Below are positions 37,174 through 45,862 of a stretch of 64,000 nt of DNA, piece by piece. The stretch is from positions 1 through 64,000 of the IMG/VR virus record IMGVR_UViG_3300042731_005759; one strand, given 5' to 3'. Position numbers and translations under genes: made by a program. The DNA is from a virus. Positions within the stretch are counted from its first letter, which is position 1, and every line of letters begins with the position of its first letter. Below the pieces are notes generated by a model. It did no database searches. It was not told where the DNA came from and saw only the letters and a list, made by a program, of their open reading frames with translations.

Positions 37174-37226
37174 AGAAACTAGTTTAATTATAAATATCAA
37201 ATGTTATGAAAGATATTTATTAGAAT

Positions 37227-39950
37227 ATGAATAGTCAGGATATTTTACGAATTTTAGGGTTCAGTTTGGATATTAAGTTGGATAATTCCGAAACTTTTGA
37301 TTACACAATTGCGGAATTTGACACTGATTATGACCAAAAAACCCTTTCTAATACACAACCGTTCAATATCAACAGTTCGGTTGAAAATTATATGGGTGAC
37401 ACCACAAATCAAATTGACACAATTAAACTTTGTGAGATAGATACTGGTTTGGAGAGTTATTCAGGTATAACTTATGTGGTTTCTTTTGAGGATTTTGTTT
37501 CACATTTTAATACTGAAAACTATGATTATGAAAATATTTTATTAAATAATGATGTTTTTACATATACAGGTTTAACACACCCAAACGGTGAACAAGAAAC
37601 TCATTATTTTAAAATATGTGGTTATAATGAACCTATTCCGCCCACACCAACACCTACTGTAACATTAGATCCTGATTTACCAACACCAACTCCATGGCCG
37701 ACATCGACACCTGAGATAAGTCCAAGTCCTACCCCGACATCGACCACGGTACCAAATCCTTTTGGTCCTACACCTACACCAACTTCGACTTTTGACCCTA
37801 ACGCAACACCAAACCCAACTGCAACCTCAACACCTACTCCAACACCTAGTTATGGGTTTAAGGGTCAACAACCGACACCTACACCCACACAAACACAGGA
37901 ATTAGAACCAAGTCCAACCCCAACCATAATACCATCTTCTACACCACTACCCACAGGTACTGCAACACCAACCCCTACTATTATACCTTCGTCTACACCT
38001 TTACCTACTAACACACAAACACCTGAACCTACTAACACACAAACACCTGAACCTACATCCACAGTTGAGTTAACTCCTAATCCAACCAATACAGAAACAC
38101 CAGTACCTACAAGTACGGGAACACCAGAACCTACTAACACAGAGACCCCAATTCCTACTAATACAGAAACACCAGAACCTACTAGTACCGAGACTCCAAT
38201 TCCTACTAACACAGAGACCCCAATTCCTACTAATACAGAAACACCAGAACCTACTAGTACCGAGACTCCAATTCCTACTAACACACAAACACCTGAACCT
38301 ACTAACACACAAACACCTGAACCTACTAACACAGAAACTCCAATACCTACTAGTACGGAAACTCCAATCCCCACTAATACAGAAACACCAGTACCTACAA
38401 GTACGGAAACACCAATTCCAACAAATACGGAAACACCAATACCTACTAACACAGAAACTCCAATACCTACTGATAACCCGACCGCCACTCCGCAGGAAAC
38501 CCCTGTACCGACATCAACACCATTACCAAGTGCAACTCCTCAGTCAACACCTGACCCTACGATAACACCGAACCCAACAGCAACTCCGATACCTACTGAA
38601 ACACAAGAACCTACTGCAACCCCGACGGGAACACCATTACCAACAAGTACTCAAACGCCCGAACCAACTACCACACCGAATCCAACCGCGACAGAAGTAC
38701 CAACGGCAACACCAATGCCAACTTCTACACAAATGCCAACACCCGAACCTACGTCAACAATACCACCAACTTCAACACCACAGGCAACTCCAAATCCTAC
38801 CGCGACTTCAACATATCACCACTGGTTTGTGAAATGTGACGTTGGGGGACCTGGTGATTTTGATATTGTCTTTGATAGATATGAATTTGAAAACTTACAT
38901 GGTATACCAACAGTTTTAGGAACAACACTTACTTTACAAAGTGACCCAACAACATGTTACGTTTATTCAGGTACTACAACATTTATGAATATAACTCACA
39001 CAGTGAATGATATAAACGATGTTGATGTATGTGGATGTCCTACACCTGTTCCGACACAAACACAACAACCGACACCTGAACCAACTGCAACTATACCACC
39101 ACCAACACCACAACCCACAAGTACACCATTACCAACTTCAACACCACAACCTGCGTGGTCACCAAACAATGACATCTTACCTGTCGCGTGGATTGATGCG
39201 TCAGACTCTTCGAATTACCAAAGAAGTGGAACAAGTTTACTTGGGGTGACTGATAAGGCGGGGACATATACAATGACGGTGGGTGGTAATCCACTCACTA
39301 ACTCATCCACTCAAAATGGATTGAATGTATTCGATTTTGATGGTAATAGTGATTTCCTACAAAGTACAACTTATAGGTCGCAAGTATCAAGCGGTAACCA
39401 TTTTGCATTAGGTGTGTTTAGGTTTGAATCAACGAACAACACAAAAAATTCTTTATGGAGTTATGAATACAGTAGTACTACTAATAAAAGGGACTATGCA
39501 ATTAGTGCGGGTGCCACTAATAACACATGGCCAGGTGAGTTGGATTTAGACGGGTTATCTACTAATAGAATTAGTTCTACAATTGGTAACCTACGAACTT
39601 GGGATTTAAAAAGTCTAACAAGAAATCAATATCACATCGTCTCTTGTTGGTTTAACAAAACAGGAAACCAAATAGGTGTTAGGGTAGATGGTTCAAACGC
39701 GTTTACACCTGTTAATGATTACGATAATTCATTACAAACAACCCAAGAATTAAGATTGATGAGAAATAGATCATCCGTGGAGTTAGATGGTAAGATGGGT
39801 GAATTTATAGCTTACGCATCAATGCCAGGTACAAGCGGTACAGATATGACGTATTTAGAGAAGGCAGAGGGGTACTTAGCACACAAATGGGGATTAACAA
39901 GTAGTCTCCCAAGTTCACACCCATATAAGAACATAGAACCAACATTATAA
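37227..39950 (+). CDS. Pro/Thr-rich mucin-like virion protein with C-terminal LamG/concanavalin-like domain
   Basis: About 430 residues of PT repeats, a small Cys-containing domain, and C-terminal AWIDASD...W...NG...FDG..D.L...G.MGEFI.Y...[10 protein letters not shown]. Confidence 0.7.
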   Translation: MNSQDILRILGFSLDIKLDNSETFDYTIAEFDTDYDQKTLSNTQPFNINSSVENYMGDTTNQIDTIKLCEIDTGLESYSGITYVVSFEDFVSHFNTENYDYENILLNNDVFTYTGLTHPNGEQETHYFKICGYNEPIPPTPTPTVTLDPDLPTPTPWPTSTPEISPSPTPTSTTVPNPFGPTPTPTSTFDPNATPNPTATSTPTPTPSYGFKGQQPTPTPTQTQELEPSPTPTIIPSSTPLPTGTATPTPTIIPSSTPLPTNTQTPEPTNTQTPEPTSTVELTPNPTNTETPVPTSTGTPEPTNTETPIPTNTETPEPTSTETPIPTNTETPIPTNTETPEPTSTETPIPTNTQTPEPTNTQTPEPTNTETPIPTSTETPIPTNTETPVPTSTETPIPTNTETPIPTNTETPIPTDNPTATPQETPVPTSTPLPSATPQSTPDPTITPNPTATPIPTETQEPTATPTGTPLPTSTQTPEPTTTPNPTATEVPTATPMPTSTQMPTPEPTSTIPPTSTPQATPNPTATSTYHHWFVKCDVGGPGDFDIVFDRYEFENLHGIPTVLGTTLTLQSDPTTCYVYSGTTTFMNITHTVNDINDVDVCGCPTPVPTQTQQPTPEPTATIPPPTPQPTSTPLPTSTPQPAWSPNNDILPVAWIDASDSSNYQRSGTSLLGVTDKAGTYTMTVGGNPLTNSSTQNGLNVFDFDGNSDFLQSTTYRSQVSSGNHFALGVFRFESTNNTKNSLWSYEYSSTTNKRDYAISAGATNNTWPGELDLDGLSTNRISSTIGNLRTWDLKSLTRNQYHIVSCWFNKTGNQIGVRVDGSNAFTPVNDYDNSLQTTQELRLMRNRSSVELDGKMGEFIAYASMPGTSGTDMTYLEKAEGYLAHKWGLTSSLPSSHPYKNIEPTL
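37990..38472 (+). repeat. 24-bp tandem repeat encoding T[EQ]TP[IEV]PT[NS]
   Basis: Roughly 19 units such as acagaaacaccagaacctactagt and acacaaacacctgaacctactaac. Confidence 0.85.
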
Positions 39951-40008
39951 AATTTACTTTCAGACTAACAATAACTGATGTTTTTACTATTTATAGTTAA
40001 AAGTAAAA

Positions 40009-41037
40009 ATGTCATTAGAGATCTCAGGTTTTTCAACCAATTTAATTGATTGTCAAGGAACATTGTTTGACTCATGTTGTGGGTTCAGTTCAACGTTAGG
40101 AATAAAACCATGGGCATATCGAATTGATGGTCACACAAATGATGATTGTGATTTTTTACTTAAAAGACGAACAGAGAAGGGGTGGACCTTAGATTTTGTT
40201 TTTAACAAAGAAGATAAGGAATGGTCAGAAGGTGGTCCTTTTTATTTTTGGGGTGTTAGAGAGGAAGATGATGAAAGATTATATGCGGATAACAATTTAT
40301 CATTCCGATTTACTGATGATGGTAGAATTCAGTGGAGAGCTCACAGGTATTCGGGATCATGTGTAAATGAAGTTTATTCAGAAGATTTTTATGTCTCATC
40401 AGGTCAAACACCTGTTTTATGTTCAGAGGGTACATCTAAAGATTTTAATATTACAATTGTATTTGATAGAAATCTAAGACTTACTGATTGTAATATTGAG
40501 AATGATGGTAGTTGGAACGATTTAATTACTGGTGAAACTATTACTAACGCGTCTGATGTTGTCCTATCTGGTTCAACAGAATCCTACCAATATATTGAAG
40601 TACTAAATAAAGATTGGAACGATGAAAGATATTCAAGGTTAGGTACATTAAAAATCTATTTAAATGGTTGGCCAATCTACAAATTAGAAGATTGGGAGGA
40701 AGTAATTCCTTCAAGTAGGGGACAACAACCCTTTATCCAATTATGGGGTGGGGGTGCAAGTGGATCTGGTGGTATTCATGTGGGTGATCATAATTTCACT
40801 TTGAAAAGAGTTAAGTATTTTGAACAACCCATGAACGCTTTACAAGTCAAAGACCATTATTTAACACTATCATCACCATATTTTGAGATTGTTGAGTGTG
40901 TTGAACCATGTGAAGAAACATCAATTACTCCGTATAGTGATAACACAATAATTTATGAACAGGATGTTGATGGTGATAACCAAACAACAAATACTGACGC
41001 AGTCCACACAGAAAATGAGGACATATTAATTTTCTAA
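40009..41037 (+). CDS. Putative virion protein with a concanavalin/LamG-like fold
   Basis: GWTLDFVF, NLSFRF..DGRI.W, GTLKIYLNG and IQLWGGG motifs. Cys-rich, with a TATTTATA motif upstream. Confidence 0.55.
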   Translation: MSLEISGFSTNLIDCQGTLFDSCCGFSSTLGIKPWAYRIDGHTNDDCDFLLKRRTEKGWTLDFVFNKEDKEWSEGGPFYFWGVREEDDERLYADNNLSFRFTDDGRIQWRAHRYSGSCVNEVYSEDFYVSSGQTPVLCSEGTSKDFNITIVFDRNLRLTDCNIENDGSWNDLITGETITNASDVVLSGSTESYQYIEVLNKDWNDERYSRLGTLKIYLNGWPIYKLEDWEEVIPSSRGQQPFIQLWGGGASGSGGIHVGDHNFTLKRVKYFEQPMNALQVKDHYLTLSSPYFEIVECVEPCEETSITPYSDNTIIYEQDVDGDNQTTNTDAVHTENEDILIF

Positions 41038-41050
41038 AATATTTATAAGA

Positions 41051-43105
41051 ATGGCGTTTAAAAAGATATCGGATTTAAATTCAAATTTAACACCAAGTGG
41101 GAGTGGATTAATCCCTATTTCACAAAATGGTGAGACTTTCAGTACAACATTAGACACAATAAAAGGTCAGATTGAAGGTGGTTTAACGGGTTCCTTTGCA
41201 ACAACGTCATCTCTTAATGATTTAGAGTTGGTTGTAAATAGTACAACCTCGTCAGTAGATGAGTTAAATACGTTCACTTCGTCAGTTGGTGGTCGAGTAG
41301 ATTCTCTCGAAACTTTTACAGGTTCTTTAGATGATAGTTTTGCGTCTGATATTGAATTAAGTGATTTACGTGATTATTTTAACAGTTATACATCATCTAA
41401 TAATAATGTAAATACACAACAAAATACAAGATTAGATTCTATTGAGGAAAGACTTAATAACATAGAGACTATATTAAATGAGTGTTGTTTAGGTCCAACT
41501 TCTACTCCACAACCTACTTTTATTCCTACGTCCACACCCGCACCAACACAAAACCCAACATCAACCCCTGCACCAACATTTGAACCGACACCTAACCCTA
41601 CATCTACTCCTATACCAACACAAACACAACAACCGACACCTAACCCGACCGCCACTCCACCACCAAGTGCAACACCACAAGCAACACCCGAACCTACAGC
41701 AACAATATTACCAACATCAACACCTCAGGCAACACCTAATCCAACCGCTACGGAGGCACCAACGAGTACACCTGCACCAACAGCAACTGTAGAACCAACT
41801 CCTAATCCTACTCCAAACCCAACACCTAACCCAACACCTAACCCGACCGCAGAACCAACCCCTAATCCCACACCTATACCAAGTGCAACACCACAAGCAA
41901 CTCCAAATCCAACTGCAACGGAAGGACCAACAAGTACACCAGCACCAAGTGCAACACCTCAGGCAACACCTGAACCTACCGCAACAGAAGATTTACCGCC
42001 CGCAACTCCACAACCAACCGCAACTGTAGAACCAACACCAGTGCCGACATCAACTGTGGGTCCAACGAGTACACCTATACCTACTGCAACACCACAGGCA
42101 ACACCCGAACCTACGTCAACAATACCACCAACTTCAACACCACAGGCAACTCCAAATCCTACTCCGACGAGTACATCTACATTATCCGCAATTAATTTAG
42201 TTTCGAGATTAAATTTGGGGACTTATGAAACAAGAAATTCAACTCTTTCAAACGCAAATTCATTTATTTGTAATAATAACATTTATAACACAACAGTACC
42301 TAACGATTTATATACTTCAGGTAGTCCAACAAATCCACAAACAGGCGATATACTCTATTTAGACGATCAAACCTTAGGTATAAATTATTACGTCAATGAA
42401 GAGTTTTTACATATTAATTTAGATCCAAATAACAACAATTGGAATGTTGTTACTGATTGGAGATGGATTACTACTGACGCAAACGGAATTATGACCGTAA
42501 CACAACTAAGTGCGTGTCCAACACCTAACCCAACAAGTACTTCTATACCAACCGCAACACCACAGGAAACACCAGTACCAACGAGTACACCAGTACCAAC
42601 TGCAACACCAGGATCAACTCCTGTACCGACAGCCACACCAGCACCAAGTGCGACACCTCAGGCAACACCTAATCCTACGGCAACTGAGGGTCCAACATCG
42701 ACTCCTAACCCCACAAATACACCACCTGCAACTCCACAACCAACCGCAACTGTAGAACCAACAAGTACTCCTATACCAACATCAACACCTCAGGCAACAC
42801 CTAATCCTACTGCAACTATACCACCACCGACACCTAACCCAACAATTGCACCCACATCAACACCAGTACCAACTGCAACACCAGGATCAACTCCTGCACC
42901 GACACCAACAGGCACTCCTTCACCAAGTCCAACTGGTACACCTAATGCAACTCCTGAACCAACTGCAACCACACCACCTGCAACTCCACAACCAACAGCA
43001 ACTGTAGGTCCAACGAGTACACCATCACCAACTTCAACACCTGGTTCACCAACACCAACACCTACGTTTGATCAACCTAACACAATATACGTACATGTAC
43101 CTTAA
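41051..43105 (+). CDS. Pro/Thr-rich mucin-like fibre protein
   Basis: N-terminal KKISDL motif and coiled coil (RVDSLE, RLDSIEERL), then two long PT tracts around a globular domain of about 115 aa. Confidence 0.7.
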   Translation: MAFKKISDLNSNLTPSGSGLIPISQNGETFSTTLDTIKGQIEGGLTGSFATTSSLNDLELVVNSTTSSVDELNTFTSSVGGRVDSLETFTGSLDDSFASDIELSDLRDYFNSYTSSNNNVNTQQNTRLDSIEERLNNIETILNECCLGPTSTPQPTFIPTSTPAPTQNPTSTPAPTFEPTPNPTSTPIPTQTQQPTPNPTATPPPSATPQATPEPTATILPTSTPQATPNPTATEAPTSTPAPTATVEPTPNPTPNPTPNPTPNPTAEPTPNPTPIPSATPQATPNPTATEGPTSTPAPSATPQATPEPTATEDLPPATPQPTATVEPTPVPTSTVGPTSTPIPTATPQATPEPTSTIPPTSTPQATPNPTPTSTSTLSAINLVSRLNLGTYETRNSTLSNANSFICNNNIYNTTVPNDLYTSGSPTNPQTGDILYLDDQTLGINYYVNEEFLHINLDPNNNNWNVVTDWRWITTDANGIMTVTQLSACPTPNPTSTSIPTATPQETPVPTSTPVPTATPGSTPVPTATPAPSATPQATPNPTATEGPTSTPNPTNTPPATPQPTATVEPTSTPIPTSTPQATPNPTATIPPPTPNPTIAPTSTPVPTATPGSTPAPTPTGTPSPSPTGTPNATPEPTATTPPATPQPTATVGPTSTPSPTSTPGSPTPTPTFDQPNTIYVHVP

Positions 43106-43117
43106 ACGATTTGAGAT

Positions 43118-45325
43118 ATGAATAACAATAGATTAAAACAAATAACTCAAGAACTTAACGAAAACACGTCTAATGACATTGTGAGTGTTTCTTATGGATT
43201 TAAAACCGTTAATGGTAAATTAACAAACGAGAAGTCTATAATTTTTACCGTCAAAGAGAAAAAACCGATTGAAGATATACCACAAGATGAACTCTTACCT
43301 TCTTCTGTGGATGTTGATGGTGAAAATGTTAATACCGATGTTATTCAAGGGGAAATAAGAGCACAGGGTTTTGGTAATTTTTGTGTTCCTGAATGGACTA
43401 ATTGGCTTTCAACCCCACCTCAAAATAGAAACGTACATAGACCACTGATGGGTGGTGTATCCACAACAAATTATTCTAAATTACAAAACTATGTAGGTAC
43501 CTTAGGATTTTTCGCTGTAGATAATGAAGATAATAGTTTGGTTGGTGTTTCAAATAACCACGTATTAATAGACGATGCGTTTTTGGCCACAGAAAGAGAC
43601 CCTTTAAATAGTGAAATAACAAACACGCTTTTACATGAGATTACACAACCGAATGAAGTTGGAAATTCAGGGTCCCAATATAAAGTAGGTATTGTAAAAA
43701 AATACCAACCTCTTGTTGGTGCAAACACTGTTGATGCGGCCTTAGTTGCGATTGATGACTTGAGTTTAGTGGATCCTGCGGTATCGTGGCAACAATTTGG
43801 TATAACGGGAATGACCCAAGCACCGAGATTTGCAACAACTTCAGAGATCAACACTTTATTGGAGAATCCGTCAACGGAGTATTACGTATCAAGTAGAACT
43901 ACAGGACCAAAGGGACAACAAGACACAAAACTTTTGAACTTCGCAAGTGCAAGTTCAATTTATATTAATTACACTAAACAAGGTGCAGATCAGGCGGTTT
44001 ACATGAACGATACCTTTGAATTGGTTGCAAGTGGTTCCACAACTCCAACGGGCGATTATTGTTTTTACCCGTCAACGGGTGGAGATTCAGGTTCCGCGAT
44101 ACTTGCTCAAATAGAGAGTCAATTTGTGATTGTTGGTTTATTATATGGTGGAAGATACACACAGGTAGGTGATGATAGTTACCCAACACATACATTATGT
44201 AATAGGATTGATAACGTAGCATCAGCATTAAACATAAGTGCTTGGGACGGATCACTAAATGGTATTATCCCTGATAATACGTCGGGTCCGATAACACATG
44301 TTGTCGGTGGTTTGAGTAGTCAAAAAACAATTACAGTTAATGGTTTAGAATATTGGCAACATGGGTTAGTTTTAAATTCGTCAATGCAACCCGATCCGAC
44401 ACCTCAACCATCACCAACCGCAACTATCGGTCCAACACCTACAAGTACACCTGACGCAACACCTCAACCAACTCCCGAACCAACAGGGGTAGTTGATCCA
44501 ACACCAACCCCTAACCCCACAAATACACCTGCACCTACAGCTACGGTAGTACCACAAACACTTTATTTGGATTATGACCATTTAAATTCGTGTAGTACGG
44601 CCAACTTAATATTGTCTGTTAATGGTGTTCAACAAGGTGGAAATATAAACCTAACTCAAGGTAGTACAGGATCAGGAACGATAAGAGGACCAATTTACAC
44701 GTATCCTGGCGATGTGGTTTCATTACAATTTAAACCTTTCAACCTGATTTCACCATGTACATTATCATACCAAAATCCAACAGTGGAGGTATTTAATAAC
44801 ACTGTGTCAGTGGCAACGAACTCAAATGATGGTGTTTATAGTACCTACCAATACACAGTAGGGTCGGGCCCATTTGCAGAAGATGGTAGTACTGATGTAA
44901 CATTATTAGTTGAGATGAACAGTTCCCCCGTACCAACAGCAACACCTGTTCCAACATATACACTTACATTAGAAAACGTAACATCATCCACATATGCTGA
45001 ACAATGTGCAAAAGGTTACATTACGGTTGAGAAGAACGGATCGGTGGTTGCAACACTCACCAAAACCCAAGGAAATACATACGCGAATTGGGACACATCT
45101 TCAGTCTCATTTACTGCTGCAGATGTAGTTACAATGAAATCATACTCACAAGGTGGAGGAGGTTCAGGTTGTACGGCTCTTGAAGACACCACTGTTAGAT
45201 GTGTATATAACGGTTCAGCAAGAACATTATCACAAGCTAATGCGGGAACAAATGGTCAATCATACACAGTGACCAACCAAAATGGCACGGCTTTCGGTTG
45301 GTTCTTTGAAGTGGGTATAGTTTAA
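43118..45325 (+). CDS. Trypsin-like (S1/Nal1-like) serine protease with PT linkers and C-terminal beta-rich domains
   Basis: GTLG, SNNHVL (His), VDAALV (Asp) and GGDSGS (Ser) form a complete triad. N-terminal prodomain-like segment VSYGFK...VKEKKP...TDVIQ. Confidence 0.8.
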   Translation: MNNNRLKQITQELNENTSNDIVSVSYGFKTVNGKLTNEKSIIFTVKEKKPIEDIPQDELLPSSVDVDGENVNTDVIQGEIRAQGFGNFCVPEWTNWLSTPPQNRNVHRPLMGGVSTTNYSKLQNYVGTLGFFAVDNEDNSLVGVSNNHVLIDDAFLATERDPLNSEITNTLLHEITQPNEVGNSGSQYKVGIVKKYQPLVGANTVDAALVAIDDLSLVDPAVSWQQFGITGMTQAPRFATTSEINTLLENPSTEYYVSSRTTGPKGQQDTKLLNFASASSIYINYTKQGADQAVYMNDTFELVASGSTTPTGDYCFYPSTGGDSGSAILAQIESQFVIVGLLYGGRYTQVGDDSYPTHTLCNRIDNVASALNISAWDGSLNGIIPDNTSGPITHVVGGLSSQKTITVNGLEYWQHGLVLNSSMQPDPTPQPSPTATIGPTPTSTPDATPQPTPEPTGVVDPTPTPNPTNTPAPTATVVPQTLYLDYDHLNSCSTANLILSVNGVQQGGNINLTQGSTGSGTIRGPIYTYPGDVVSLQFKPFNLISPCTLSYQNPTVEVFNNTVSVATNSNDGVYSTYQYTVGSGPFAEDGSTDVTLLVEMNSSPVPTATPVPTYTLTLENVTSSTYAEQCAKGYITVEKNGSVVATLTKTQGNTYANWDTSSVSFTAADVVTMKSYSQGGGGSGCTALEDTTVRCVYNGSARTLSQANAGTNGQSYTVTNQNGTAFGWFFEVGIV

Positions 45326-45346
45326 ATAAATTAAGTATTTATTGAT

Positions 45347-45715
45347 ATGGAATTTTTTATAAGAAAAGGGGCAACAGACCCAATTTTAAAATTACAATTA
45401 TTAGATGATGGTAAAAACGATAAATCATCTTTAAATGATTTATTAGAAAATGCGGACATTACCTTTGATATGATAGATATTGATACTGATGTTCCTGAGA
45501 TTTTAGGTTCTCCCTGTAAACTTGCATATAGAACAAAAAAATACGATCAAACAACTGACGAGTATTATATAACTTATAGATTTACTGAATCACAAACAAA
45601 AAAGTCTGGTAAATTTGAGGGTATTGTCAATATTCAATTTAGAGATACTGATCTACAACCAACCAACAAACTTATAGTTCCAATCAAAGAAAAACTATTT
45701 ATCAATATTATTTAA
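45347..45715 (+). CDS. Small beta-sandwich virion protein (BppU-N-like)
   Basis: FFIRKGATDPILKLQL...ITF.M...Y.F....T...G.F.G...I.F motif pattern. Confidence 0.5.
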   Translation: MEFFIRKGATDPILKLQLLDDGKNDKSSLNDLLENADITFDMIDIDTDVPEILGSPCKLAYRTKKYDQTTDEYYITYRFTESQTKKSGKFEGIVNIQFRDTDLQPTNKLIVPIKEKLFINII

Positions 45716-45767
45716 GATTTTTTCATTTATCATTAATCTCTTTACTATTATCGGGTTTTTTGGGTTC

Positions 45768-45798
45768 TTGATATTCTAATTAATATTTCGTATATTTG
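45768..45798 (+). promoter_or_regulatory. Bacteroidota primary-sigma-type promoter for the DNA polymerase gene
   Basis: TTG (45768-45770), 20-nt spacer, TATATTTG (45791-45798), matching the -33/-7 TTTG...TAnnTTTG consensus. Confidence 0.6.
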
Positions 45799-45862
45799 TA
45801 GTGAAGACTAACTACGCTACACAGTAGTGTAAGATAATATGTCAAACTAATTTATACTATTA

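Noticed and set aside
37865-38488. 207-aa minus-strand ORF of VLVGIGVS repeats and similar antisense ORFs (38070, 41386, 42388, 42790)
   Set aside because: These are shadows of the PT repeats on the plus strand. The A/C-rich codons lack stops when read backwards.
37990-43080. Diversity-generating retroelement template/variable repeat pair
   Set aside because: The shared segments are exact copies with no adenine-specific mismatches, and there is no reverse transcriptase in the window.
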